The notes below the pieces were generated by a model. It was not told the origin of the DNA, ran no database searches, and saw nothing but the letters and a program-made list of their open reading frames with translations. A stretch of DNA of 64,000 bases from contig CAYLPP010000008.1 in assembly GCA_964385615.1 (NCBI GenBank), positions 31,150 through 95,149 of the forward strand, in the 5' to 3' direction. The position numbers and the translations under genes are program-made. Position 1 is the first letter of the stretch; every line of letters begins with the position of its first letter. Source of the DNA: an uncultured bacterium. Lineage in GTDB: Bacteria; Omnitrophota; Omnitrophia; Omnitrophales; Aquincolibacteriaceae. Shown piece by piece: positions 19,341 to 30,400 of the stretch.

Positions 19341-20552
19341 ATGAACTTGAAAATCAAAAATCTTCGAAATACGGCTTTGATCCTCTGCGGTCTTCTCATG
19401 ACGTCAGGAACTTCGGCTGTCTGGGCGAAGAAGGAAATGCCTGAAGGCTGGTTCGGTTATAAGAATAGCCAGAATCGCGGGGGGGTCTTTGAAAAAGAAT
19501 CCATAGGCCTTCCTTTTAAAATTGTCTGGAGTTATAAGATTGAAGATAAGTCCAACGGCTTTGTGGATTACGGCCCCGTCGCCGCGAACGGAAAAATTTA
19601 TACCCCCGACGGTCTCAATAATGTCATGGCTTTGAATGCTTCCGACGGCACCCTGATCTGGAAAAAACAAGTGATCTCCAACGTTTTTACGGTTTCGCTT
19701 TCAGAGGATGGAAAAATTCTTTTCGTCACGACAGCGATTACCACGAAGCCCACTCCGACTCTTTTCGCGATTGACGCTGAGACGGGGGATGATCTCTGGG
19801 ATAATTTGGCGTTTAATCAGCCCGCGGTCGGCGGTATGGAAGGCGCTCCTGTTATTCAAGACGGTAAAATTTATGCAGGCTACCTTCAGTATGAAGGTAA
19901 GGGCGGTGTCGCGGCTTACGATGTTCGTGACGGTAAAATGGTCTGGCAGTGGGAAGTTCCCCGGGTCTCGCCGTATAGCCCGCTTTCTTACGCAAAAGGC
20001 CGGCTTTACGTCGGTTTTGAAAATAAATCTATTTACTGTCTGAGCGCTTCAGACGGAAAAATCGTTTGGAATTCTGCTCCTCTTCCCGACATTATTTTTA
20101 TGGCTCCTCTTGTGATGAATGACCGGGTGTACTTCGGGGCAGGTACGGCCGCTTACTCCTTCGATGCTTCACGGGGAAGTTTGATTTGGAAAAAAGAACT
20201 CGATGGCGAACTTGGGCACGGTTCCTTTTCGTATTTTGAAGATACTCTTTACGCGGTTACCCGGGATTCCAGCGTGATTGCTATGCAGGCCGCGACCGGA
20301 TCTATTTTGTGGCGTCAAAATCTCGGGATGGGGCCGATTGAATCTTCTCCTTTAATTGACGCGGATAAACGGATGCTTTACATCGCGACGCAGGAAAATA
20401 AATTGGCCGCGCTGGAATTGTCCGGCGGGAAGATTGCGGGGGAAATGCGGTTTTCTGAAGATCCCAGAGGGGTCTGGAAAAGCACGCCGGCTCTTTACAA
20501 CGGGAAACTGTACGTCGGTTCCCTGGATAGAACTTTTTACGCGGTAGAATAG
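19341..20552 (+). CDS. Secreted PQQ-like beta-propeller repeat protein (BamB/PQQ enzyme repeat family)
   Basis: It has a signal peptide (MNLKIKNLRNTALILCGLLMTSGTSAVWA). Motifs of the form G-K/R-I/L-Y-x-G...DG-x-L/I-x-A-L/M-x-A-x-x-G-x-x-L/I-W recur at least 6 times. An alternative TTG start lies at 19287. Confidence 0.75.
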   Translation: MNLKIKNLRNTALILCGLLMTSGTSAVWAKKEMPEGWFGYKNSQNRGGVFEKESIGLPFKIVWSYKIEDKSNGFVDYGPVAANGKIYTPDGLNNVMALNASDGTLIWKKQVISNVFTVSLSEDGKILFVTTAITTKPTPTLFAIDAETGDDLWDNLAFNQPAVGGMEGAPVIQDGKIYAGYLQYEGKGGVAAYDVRDGKMVWQWEVPRVSPYSPLSYAKGRLYVGFENKSIYCLSASDGKIVWNSAPLPDIIFMAPLVMNDRVYFGAGTAAYSFDASRGSLIWKKELDGELGHGSFSYFEDTLYAVTRDSSVIAMQAATGSILWRQNLGMGPIESSPLIDADKRMLYIATQENKLAALELSGGKIAGEMRFSEDPRGVWKSTPALYNGKLYVGSLDRTFYAVE

Positions 20553-20586
20553 TGTTAAAAATTACAAAATCAAAACGGAGGAAACA

Positions 20587-21207
20587 ATGAACTTAAAAAA
20601 ACAATTCGTTCTCATGACAGCTGTGGTTTTCGGGCTCGCGCTGGTACCGGGGCATTTGTACGCCGTGGATACAGCTGAAATGCTGGCTCAGAAAAAAGCG
20701 GAACTTAACGGCCATGAATGGCAGGTTAAGGTTGTCCCGGCTTCCGACCCTAAAAGCGGAGGTTCGGAGGATACCCTGATTTTTAAGGACATGAAGTTTG
20801 AGTCTATGAAAATGACGGGAGGCGGTTTTCCTTCAACGAACTACACGATTTCCCTTCAGGAGGGCGGACCTTCGGTTTTTGAAACGATGCAGTCCGACGG
20901 CAAGGGAACCGTCGTGTTTTGGCGCGGTGAGTGGGAAGGTGATTCCATGAAAGGCGTTATGAGCAAGCAATCTGAAGGGAAGAACAGCGATTATTACTTC
21001 AGCAGCTTGAGCAAGCAGACGATTGTGGAAGCGCCCAAGGTTGAAGTTCCGGAACCGGTGACCGAAGCGGCTGCGGATACTGCCGAAGCTGTTGAAAACG
21101 CGGAGAGCGCGGCTCAGAACATGGAAGCCGCGGTGCCGCCGGCGGTTCCTGAAACAGTGCCTGCGCAGGAAGAAGAAAAGCCCAAGAAAAAGAAGGGCTG
21201 GTTTTAA
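20587..21207 (+). CDS. Hypothetical secreted protein with acidic A/E/P-rich tail and C-terminal KPKKKKGWF
   Basis: A GGAGGA RBS lies 7 nt upstream. The signal peptide is FVLMTAVVFGLALVPGHLYA. I recognised no family. Confidence 0.6.
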   Translation: MNLKKQFVLMTAVVFGLALVPGHLYAVDTAEMLAQKKAELNGHEWQVKVVPASDPKSGGSEDTLIFKDMKFESMKMTGGGFPSTNYTISLQEGGPSVFETMQSDGKGTVVFWRGEWEGDSMKGVMSKQSEGKNSDYYFSSLSKQTIVEAPKVEVPEPVTEAAADTAEAVENAESAAQNMEAAVPPAVPETVPAQEEEKPKKKKGWF

Positions 21208-21228
21208 CTTTTTTTAACGGATTCAATT

Positions 21229-21277
21229 TCGCCTGCCTTGCTGTTTCTCCGTACCAGCGAGGCAGGCGATCCTTTTT
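21229..21277 (+). terminator. Rho-independent terminator
   Basis: A ~15-bp GC-rich stem (tcgcctgccttgctg / cagcgaggcaggcga) has an 11-nt loop and is followed by tccTTTTT. It lies 22 nt after the stop of the preceding gene and directly before the AAGGAGG RBS of the next. Confidence 0.7.
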
Positions 21278-21289
21278 AAGGAGGCCGTA

Positions 21290-22255
21290 ATGCCCCGCTT
21301 GCGATTCAGCATGCTGACGGTTCTCACTCTCTGCGTTATTCTCCCCCTTAGCGTTTCAGCCCATGATAAAAAAGATGCTCAGGATTCTCTGCTGAATCCT
21401 TTGCGGAAGTATCATGAATTCAAAGCTTTGAAACCTTTCGGCCCTGAACTGCGCGAATTGACGGATAAATTAATTCAAGAGGGTCAGGTTTCTGAAATCG
21501 CTGTTTATTTTCGTTCTTTCAATGACGGTGTCTGGATTGGAGTGAATGAAAAAGAACGTTTTGCGCCCGCGAGTTTGATGAAAGTTCCGGTCATGATGGC
21601 TTATTTAAAACATGCTGAAAAAGATCCGGGTATTTTAAACCGTGAGTTCGAGGTTGAAACGGAAGATCAGCATAGCCAGTTTGTACCTTCTAGTATCAAG
21701 CTGAAAAAGGGGGAAAAACGCAGGGTAGAGGATTTGATCGAGACTATGATCCGCGGCTCAAACAATGACGCGATGGCTACCCTGGTCCATAAAGCGGATG
21801 TGAGGGAAGTCGTGAAGCTTTACAATCAGCTGGGTTACGCGGATTTTGTCAAACAAGGGGATTTCCTTTCATTAAAAGCGTATGCCGGAACTTTTCGGGT
21901 GCTGTATAACGCGACCTATCTGAACGAGGCAATGTCAGAAAAAGCTTTACGGTTTCTTTCGGAAACTGAATTTAAGAAAGGAATTCCCGCGGGGCTTCCT
22001 TCTGCCGTGAAGGTTGCGCATAAATTCGGGGAATACGGTCTTCCAAATTCTCCAGTTAAACAGCTTCACGATGTCGGAATTGTTTATCATCATGAAAACC
22101 CGTATCTGATCGGCATCATGACCCGGGGTGATGATTATGATAAACTCGCTCATGCGATTGAAACGGTTTCTTCTTTTATCTATACGGAAGTCGACCGGCA
22201 GTATAAAGCTTCCGCTGAACCCGATTTTGATTATCAGTTTGAACAGGAGGACTAA
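21290..22255 (+). CDS. Secreted class-A beta-lactamase-fold serine hydrolase (beta-lactamase/PBP-like)
   Basis: An AAGGAGG RBS precedes a signal peptide. The SxxK motif context is ERFAPASLMKV (compare TEM ERFPMMSTFKV). The SxN/SDN-like loop is SNNDAMATLV. The KTG-box equivalent is HKFGE. Confidence 0.65.
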   Translation: MPRLRFSMLTVLTLCVILPLSVSAHDKKDAQDSLLNPLRKYHEFKALKPFGPELRELTDKLIQEGQVSEIAVYFRSFNDGVWIGVNEKERFAPASLMKVPVMMAYLKHAEKDPGILNREFEVETEDQHSQFVPSSIKLKKGEKRRVEDLIETMIRGSNNDAMATLVHKADVREVVKLYNQLGYADFVKQGDFLSLKAYAGTFRVLYNATYLNEAMSEKALRFLSETEFKKGIPAGLPSAVKVAHKFGEYGLPNSPVKQLHDVGIVYHHENPYLIGIMTRGDDYDKLAHAIETVSSFIYTEVDRQYKASAEPDFDYQFEQED

Positions 22256-22274
22256 ATCGAAATGAAAAGTTTGG

Positions 22275-23750
22275 ATGGCTAGAAATAAGCTTAAAGCTAA
22301 AGAAGCTTCGACCCCGGTTAAGTCGCCGTCCGTCCTCTGGATTTTCGCTCTGCTCGCATTTCTCAGTCTGACTGCTTTCGGCCGTTCACTTTCTTACTCC
22401 CGCTATATCAATCTTGATACGGAAGATTACGTGACAAAGAACTCTCATGTCCGTGCCGGCGTCAGTCTGGAAGAGATCCGCTGGGCTTTTACGACCTTTG
22501 ACACGGGGGATTGGCAGCCCCTGACCTGGATTTCCTGGATGGCGCTTGACCAGCCCTTCGGGATGGCCCCTTCGGTTTCGCGCGCCTTTAATTTAAGTTT
22601 TCATATTTTGACAACCTTTCTTCTTTTTATCGTACTCAGACGCATGACCGGCGATTTCTGGAAACCGGCATTCACGGCCGCTTTATTTTCAATTCATCCG
22701 ATGCGGGTTGAATCCGTTGTTTGGGTCGCGGAGCGCAAGGATGTTTTGTCCGGTGTCTTTTTCATGCTGGCTCTGCTTGCCTATGAAAAATACGCGCGCC
22801 GGCCTTCATTAAAAGCTATGTCGTTAACGGTTTTAGCGATGGCGGGGGGGCTGATGGCAAAGCCTGTTTTGGTAACCCTTCCGTTTCTCCTTCTGCTTTT
22901 GGATTACTGGCCGTTGAGGCGTTTTGAAACCTCAAGGTTCAGCGCGCTTGCGGCCGAAAAGATTCCGCTTTTTATCTTGTCCGCGTTTTCATGCGTTACG
23001 GCTTATATTGCGGGGCGCAGCGCCGGCGGGATGTATACGTTTGATGAGATCCCTCTGAAACTGCGTTTGATCAACGCGGTGATTTGTTATTTCCGGTATG
23101 TTAAAAAAACTCTCTGGCCTTATCCGCTCGCGCATTTTTATCCTCACCCCATGGGCGATTATTCTCAGGCGAAGCTGGCCGCGGGTTTTTTGACCTTAGC
23201 TATTATTTTTTATGCCGTTTGGCGCTTCCGAAAGGACAAGCCTTTTATCACTGTCGGTCTGCTGTGGTTTCTGGGAGTTTTATTTCCTGTCATGGGATGG
23301 GTTCAGGTGGGGAGCGCGGCGATGGCGGACCGCTACACCTACCTGCCTCACATTGGATTTTTTATTGCCGCTGTATGGCTCTGGCCCGTTAAGCCTTCGT
23401 CGAGAGCGGCCGCGGTTTTTAGCCTGCTTTTGTTGAGTATTCTTTCGTTCCAGCAGACGGGGTATTGGAGGAGCAGTATCGCGCTGAATCGGCACGCTTT
23501 AGAGACCACCCGGAGTAACCGTAAGGCCAAAGAAAACTTGAAATATTCGCTTATTAAGAGGGGGGACGTGCGCAAAGTTTTTGAGTTTTACGCGGATAAA
23601 GCAGGGGTCGAAATCCCTGAAATTGTGGTTCCGGAAGGAGCTTACCAAGGGAGAAATCCCCTAAAGTATGACAGTGAAAAGAGTTACGAGCAAAAAGAGT
23701 CCGATAATAAAGTCCCTGGTGCTCTTGACAATGCTGGGGGGGTCAGTTAA
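22275..23750 (+). CDS. Polytopic membrane glycosyltransferase, GT-C fold (TMTC / PMT_2 / DUF1736-like)
   Basis: It has at least 9 predicted TM helices. The first-loop acidic motif is DTEDYVTKNSHV (DExxxxxxNxxV as in PMT/TMTC). A DUF1736-like DRYTYLPHIGFFIA motif is present, and the C-terminal soluble tail is short. Confidence 0.6.
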   Translation: MARNKLKAKEASTPVKSPSVLWIFALLAFLSLTAFGRSLSYSRYINLDTEDYVTKNSHVRAGVSLEEIRWAFTTFDTGDWQPLTWISWMALDQPFGMAPSVSRAFNLSFHILTTFLLFIVLRRMTGDFWKPAFTAALFSIHPMRVESVVWVAERKDVLSGVFFMLALLAYEKYARRPSLKAMSLTVLAMAGGLMAKPVLVTLPFLLLLLDYWPLRRFETSRFSALAAEKIPLFILSAFSCVTAYIAGRSAGGMYTFDEIPLKLRLINAVICYFRYVKKTLWPYPLAHFYPHPMGDYSQAKLAAGFLTLAIIFYAVWRFRKDKPFITVGLLWFLGVLFPVMGWVQVGSAAMADRYTYLPHIGFFIAAVWLWPVKPSSRAAAVFSLLLLSILSFQQTGYWRSSIALNRHALETTRSNRKAKENLKYSLIKRGDVRKVFEFYADKAGVEIPEIVVPEGAYQGRNPLKYDSEKSYEQKESDNKVPGALDNAGGVS

Positions 23751-23845
23751 CTTTTAAGAGTATTTCGCAATTTGTGATCAAGGCAAACCCCGGGTAACCG
23801 GGGGGCGCAAAGCCGTGCGTCCTTAACAACGAAAGGATAGGCAGG

Positions 23846-24439
23846 TTGCCGCAAATGAAAAACGATAAGACTGAAGCAACAGAAAAATTTGTCCACTTTC
23901 AAAACCGGAAAGCCGCGTGCTTTTTAAAGGCGCAGGCTTCTTCCGGTTTTTTTATTTTGCTTAGCGTTTTGTTTTTGTCGAGTCCTTCTGTATCTCATGC
24001 CGCGCTGGTAAGTGAGGATCCTGCTCCTATGCCGGCCGCGGCTTCCCAAGTTTCTCAAACAGCGCATAAGACTGCTTCCGCGCCTCAAAAAGTGAAATCC
24101 TCAAAGGTGCTGATCAAGCGCGGTTTGGCTCCGGCTGAGAAAGGCGCGAAGCGCAAAAAACTTCGCGGGCAAGTCGGCGCTAAAAATATGAATGGCATGG
24201 CGGTTGTTTTTGAAAAGGATGATGTTAAGCGTTCTTCGAAAGAAATGTGGTTCCCGTTTGGCGATGAAACTTATCTAGCTGATTACGAAACTCTCGACGA
24301 TGTCCAGGAAGGTGACGAAGTTTCGGTTACTTATGATGAATCCGCTGAAGGCGTGGTCCAACTTAAGGGGATTTCGCTGGTGCGTAAAGCGCCGGTTGAA
24401 GCTGAACAGTACGATCCCGAAGCTGAGGCTGAAGAGTGA
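23846..24439 (+). CDS. Small secreted/membrane-anchored hypothetical protein, translationally coupled to giant gene 2
   Basis: A hydrophobic segment GFFILLSVLFLSSPSVSHA|A lies after a basic N-region. The C-terminus is acidic. Its stop (TGA) overlaps the GTG start of the next ORF (GTGA). An alternative ATG start lies at 23855. Confidence 0.55.
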   Translation: MPQMKNDKTEATEKFVHFQNRKAACFLKAQASSGFFILLSVLFLSSPSVSHAALVSEDPAPMPAAASQVSQTAHKTASAPQKVKSSKVLIKRGLAPAEKGAKRKKLRGQVGAKNMNGMAVVFEKDDVKRSSKEMWFPFGDETYLADYETLDDVQEGDEVSVTYDESAEGVVQLKGISLVRKAPVEAEQYDPEAEAEE

Positions 24440-27400
24440 ACCATACCCTGACATTCACCCGTAAAGTTGTTCAGGCATCTTTCCTTTTGTGGTCTATTTC
24501 ATTTGTTTTAACCGGTTCCGCGCAGGCAGCGCAGATTAAGAAAGTTTACCGCGGTATCGCGACTTTTGACGCTGCTGAAACTCTGCAGGCCGTTCCTATC
24601 GGCGGTTCCGTGGATCCGACCAAAACGGTCGTTCTGGTGACCAATACCCAGTCTACTAACACGGCTTACGACCGAAGCCTTTTCTTCGTTGCTCAGCTTG
24701 CCGGGAACGATACGATTCAGATTGAGCGCGGCGGCGCGGATGGCACGAACACCGCGAGCGCGGCGTGGCAGGTTATTGAATTTGCCGAAGGCGTCCGTGT
24801 TCAAGCCGGTATTTCAGCTGTGGACAAGGGCTCGCTGAGCAAAGATATAACGGTTCCGCCTCTCAGCCCTGCCATGGATATTACTAAAACGGTACCGATT
24901 ATTATGGTCAGAACGCCCATGGGCACCAACAACGCGGGCCGTTATCAAAGAACACACCAGTTATTTCTGCAGCCGAGCCTGGCTACTGACGGTACCAGCG
25001 TGACTATGACTCTGACACGGTTAGAGGCAAACTCGACCACCGGTGACAAAGCCGTGGCTGTTGCCTGGCAGCTTGTCGAGTTTACCACGGATGCAACAGT
25101 CCGTGCGGGTGATGTCTGTATGCGAGTGCCTGCTTCCGCTGGTTCGCAGACCGTGACTAACGATGGCCTGGACCCGGACGGAGGTACCACGAATTGCGGT
25201 ACGAACTCCAGCGCGTTTAGTCCCGCGCTAAATAGTTCTTCGACGGCCATGCTGTTCTTTTATCCCATGTATGGCTCGGGTTTAAACGGTGAAGATAACC
25301 GTATCTTTATCAGTGGAACGGTTTCAAATTCGACGACCGTGTCGTTTAGTCGAGGCTACGCGGCGACTACAGCTTCATCACATGTTCAGATTAAATATTA
25401 TGTCGTGGACTGGAACGACGGCAGCGCCGCCTTGGGCGCAGGAGCGAGGGGTTCGTTAAGCAGCGCGAGCCATCCGGCTCGAATAGGCGTTTCAGCGGGT
25501 ACGGACGCCGTAGACCCTGCGACGATTCAGATTACCACCGCTTCCGCGCATGGATATCAAGTAGGGGATGCCGTGATTCTCGCGGGTTGTTTGACGAATA
25601 CCGCGGCGAATGGAACTTACAAAGTTTCTAATGTTCCAAGTTCGACCACATTTGAAATCAACACATTTGATGGTGATATTGTGGAAGGTTCCGGCGCGGG
25701 CGCAGAGACGGGCTCCGCGGACTATGTTGCAAAATTTCAGGAAGTAAACATGACGACCGCGCTGACGACTGCCGACATTGACCGCATGATCAACTGGACA
25801 ACGTTCTCCGGCCCGAATAACAGCAATACGTCCACCTCTTCGAGCAATGCTGACGACCTGGCGCATGAAAGCTTTCTTTATACGAAAAGCGGCAGTGTTT
25901 ATTTGGCTACGCGCCGCGCACCGGATGGCGAACTCGCGGGTTCAACGCCGGTTACGATTCAATACCATGTTTATGAATTTCCGGAAATGACGCTGGACTC
26001 TCCCAACGGTGCTGAAAACCTGACAGTCGGACAGGCCGTTAACGTTAACTGGACCGCGGCCGACAGCGTCGCGACGAATGACTGGAAACTTCAAATTTCA
26101 ACGGATGCTCCTCATGCCACCTGGACTGATTTAACAACCGCCAATGGCCTTGGCACCTGCGGCGCCGGCGGTAATTCGGATTGTACAGGAACTGATCTTT
26201 CAACCGGAACTATCCAGTGGACGGTTCCTGACCAGATCAGTTCCACGGCACGCTTGAGGATTGTCGACACGACCAGTGGCGCTTCTCTTGCGCGCAGGAG
26301 TGATACCTCAAACGCCGATTTTAATATCCGCGGCAGTTTGACGGTGACGGCGCCTAATGGCGGTGAAACGTGGAATATTGGCGCGGCCAGTAATGTGACT
26401 TGGACTAAAACGGGAAGCCTGGATTACAGCACCGTGACTTTGAAGCTTTCTCTCGATAGCGGGGGAAGTTTCCCGACCACGATTACCAGTCTTTTGACTC
26501 CCAGCGCGCAGACTTATTCCTGGACACCGACCAATTCTCATGACGGCACGGCAAACCGTGTCCGCGCGGAACTGGCTTCCGATCCTACGTACGTTTACGA
26601 TGAATCAGACGCGGACTTTACGGTTCAGGGCAGTATCACTGTTGTCGCGCCCAACGGCGGTGAGAGCTGGGCCACACAGTCCGATGAAGACATTACCTGG
26701 ACCCGCACCGGTGCTTTTGCCAACGTTAAGATTGAATACTCAACCAACAGCGGCGGTTCGTTTCCTACCTTGATCGTTGCGTCTACGCCTGCTGACCCGG
26801 CTCCCGTTGATAACGCGGGTGTCTACACCTGGACGAATATTCCTACGGGAACGATCAGCACTTTCGGGCGTGTCAAAGTAAGCAGCACTTCAAACCTCAA
26901 CGTGGCTGATGAGTCAGACGCTGATTTCAGCATTGTGCCCTCGATCAAGGTGACTTCTCCCGACAACGGAACGGAAGTTTGGCGCGTGGGTGAAGCCAAT
27001 AACATTACCTGGGATTTGAACGGCGCGCTGGCAAACGTGAAAATTGAATATTCCAAGGATAATTTTGTCGGGGATATCAACTTGATTGTCGCTTCCACGA
27101 ATGCGGACCCGGCACCGGTCGATGGTTCCGGATACTATCAATGGACGATTCCTGACGATATTACTGCGACAGCCAAGGTTCGGGTCAGTAACGCGCTGGA
27201 CGCCAACAAGTATGATATTTCTGATAACAACTTCAAAATTCGCGGCAATATCACGGTAGTCTCGCCCAATGGCGGGGAAGTTTGGCCGGTCGCAAGCTCG
27301 CAGAACATTACCTGGGCCAAAGACGGTACCCTCGGTAACGTTGATATTCTCTATTCTATCAATGGCGGCTCCAGCTATCCAAACACTCTGGCTACAAACC

Positions 27401-30400
27401 AGGCGGGAACCTCGTGGAACTGGGACCCAATTCCTGATGCCATCAACAGCAACCTTAAAGTGAAAGTTCGTTCAACCACTTACAACACCGATACGGAAGA
27501 CGTTTCGGATGCGACGTTTGCCATCAAGGGTTCTTTCACGATTACGTCTCCTAACGGAAGTGAGCAGTGGGGAGCGGCTACCAGTAACGCTGTCACTTGG
27601 ACCTATACCGGTACCATGAGCACCGCAAAAATCGAATATGATGACAATAGCGGATTGAACGGTTATGCCAGCTTGGTTGTGGCTTCCGTTGCGGTTTCAG
27701 ATCAGACGTATTCATGGACCCTTCCATCCACGGTCGGCACTCATTATCGTGTCAGGATTTCCAGCAATGACGATGCGACAGTCTATGACACTTCCAACTC
27801 GGATTTCAGTATCCGTGGTAGCGTTACCTTGACGGCGCCCAACGGGGGGCAGACCTGGGTTGTGGGTACGAACCAGAACATCACTTGGACGTATGTCGGA
27901 ACCATTGCCAACGTCAAACTGGAATATTCCACGGATGGCGGCAGTAACTATTTGGCCGGCGGTTTGATTACTAATTCTGCTCCGGTCAGCCAGGCATATA
28001 CCTGGACCGTCGCAGATGCCATCGGCACTCAGCTGCGTGTCCGTGTTTCAGACGCGAATGATTCCACAGTCAATGACCAGTCTGATGCCAACTTTACGAT
28101 TAAAGGTTCTTTGACGATTACCGCGCCCAACGGCGGTGAAGCCTGGGTCGTGGGTGCTTCGAACAACATTACCTGGACCAAGACCGGTACCATTGCCAGC
28201 GTGAAACTGGATTATTCCACCAACGGTTTCTCGGATGAGCTTCAGAATTTTGCCATTATCGGTTCAACGCCCGGCGGTCTTCTTTCTTATGCCTGGACCA
28301 TTCCGGACGCGATTGGAACGACCTTGAAAGTCCGGATCGCTGATCTTTCTGACTTGACGGTTAAAGATGAATCGGATTTCAATTTCGGCATCAAAGGTTC
28401 TGTGACGATTACGGCTCCGAACGGCGGCGAGTCCTGGTCAGTGGGTTCTTCTCACAATATTACCTGGAGCAAGACCGGAACTTTGACCGGCAATATGAAA
28501 CTGGAATATTCCACGGATAATGGCGGAAGCTGGCTGGTTGGAAATTTGATCACTAACAGTGTGTTGGCTAGCGCGGGAACCTACGCTTGGACTCTTCCGG
28601 ATTCTCCCGGCGTTCAGACGCTGGTGCGCGCGACTCAAGTTGATGATACGTCGGTGACGGATACTTCAGACGGTGCTTTCAGTATTAAAGGTCAGCTGAT
28701 TTTGACGGCGCCTAACGGCGGTGAAACCTGGGTTGTGGGTGAAGGACGCGACGTGGAATGGACCCGTATCGGCTCTATTGCCAACGTTCGTTTGGACTAT
28801 TCTATTAACAGCGGCAGCACCTATCCGAACCAAATCACAGCTTCCACGCCGGCTTCCAACGAAAGCTATACCTGGACTATTCCGGATGCTATCGGCACCG
28901 GGTTAAAAGTGAAAGTGACCGATGCCAATGACTCTTCAGTCAATGATGTTTCAGACGCTGTTTTTGAAATCAAAGGTTCTTTAACGGTTACCGCGCCTAA
29001 CGGCGGTGAAACTTGGGTTGTCGGAAACAGCCAGAACGTGACCTGGACCAAGACCGGTACGATTGCCAACGTGATGCTGGAATACGCTACGAACGCTTTC
29101 TTAGATGAAAGTACGACGGCCACGATCGTTGCTTCGACTCCGGGCGCGAATTTGAGCTATGCCTGGACCATTCCGGATGCGATTGGGAATAACCTGAAAG
29201 TCCGTGTTACCAACCTCGCGGATACTACGGTGAAGGATGTGTCAGATGCGGCGTTCGCGGTTAAGGGCTCTCTGACCGTAGGTTCTCCGAACGGCAGTGA
29301 AGCCTGGATCGTGGGTGAAAGCCGTAATATCGTTTGGAGCATGACGGGCTCTCTGCAGAACGTGAAACTGGAATATTCCACTAACGGGTTCTCGGATGAA
29401 CTGCAAACAACATTGATCGTGGCTTCGACCGCGGCTGAAACCAATCCTCCCGCAGGCACGGGTTCCGGACAGTATGCGTGGACCGTGGCGGACGCCATCG
29501 GTACTTCTTTGAAAGTCCGCGTGACTGATGTGGACAATTCCACGGTCACTGACGTTTCCAACGCAGTGTTTACGATTAAAGGTTCCGTGACGGTGACGGC
29601 TCCCAACGGCGGTGAAATTTGGGCCGTGCTGGAAGATCATGACATTACCTGGACCCGCACGGGTTCTTTCAATAACGTTAAAATTGAATATTCCACGGAC
29701 AGCGGTTCCAATTTTTCGAGCGTCACGGCTTCAACCCCGGCTGACCCCGCTCCGGTGGATAACGCCGGCAAATTTACCTGGACGATCCCGGACAATATCA
29801 CGATTCAGGGCCGTGTGCGTGTTTCCGATTTTGATGACGCGACGGTCGTGGATACTTCGGACGCCAACTTCAAGATTCGCGGCGGTCTGGCTGTTTCGAC
29901 GCCCAACGGCGGTGAAAAATGGACGGTGGGTGACAGCCAGAATATCAGCTGGAATAAATTTGGAACGATTACTTCAACCGTCAAACTGGATTACACCAAG
30001 AATGGCGGAAGTAATTACACTTCAATCGCGACAGGCTTGAACGTTACCACTGCCAGCCCGTATGCCTGGACGGTGCCGGCGGATACTTCCCAGACGGTCA
30101 AGATTCGTGTCATGAGCGAAGCGGATACCGACACATTCGACTTGTCAGATGCCAATTTTAAGATTATGCCGAAGTTCGCCGTGACTTCACCCAACGGCGG
30201 TGAAGTCTGGTCCGTCGCGTCTTCTCAGACCCTCGGCTGGACCACTCAGGGTTCAGCGACCAACGTGAGACTGTCTTATTCTGTTGATGGCGGTAATAAT
30301 TACGCTACTGAGATTACGTCTTCGACTTCAAACACGGGTTCCTTTTCATGGACGGTTCCGGATGCGATTGGTACTGCCGTGCGCATCCGCGTGGAAAATG

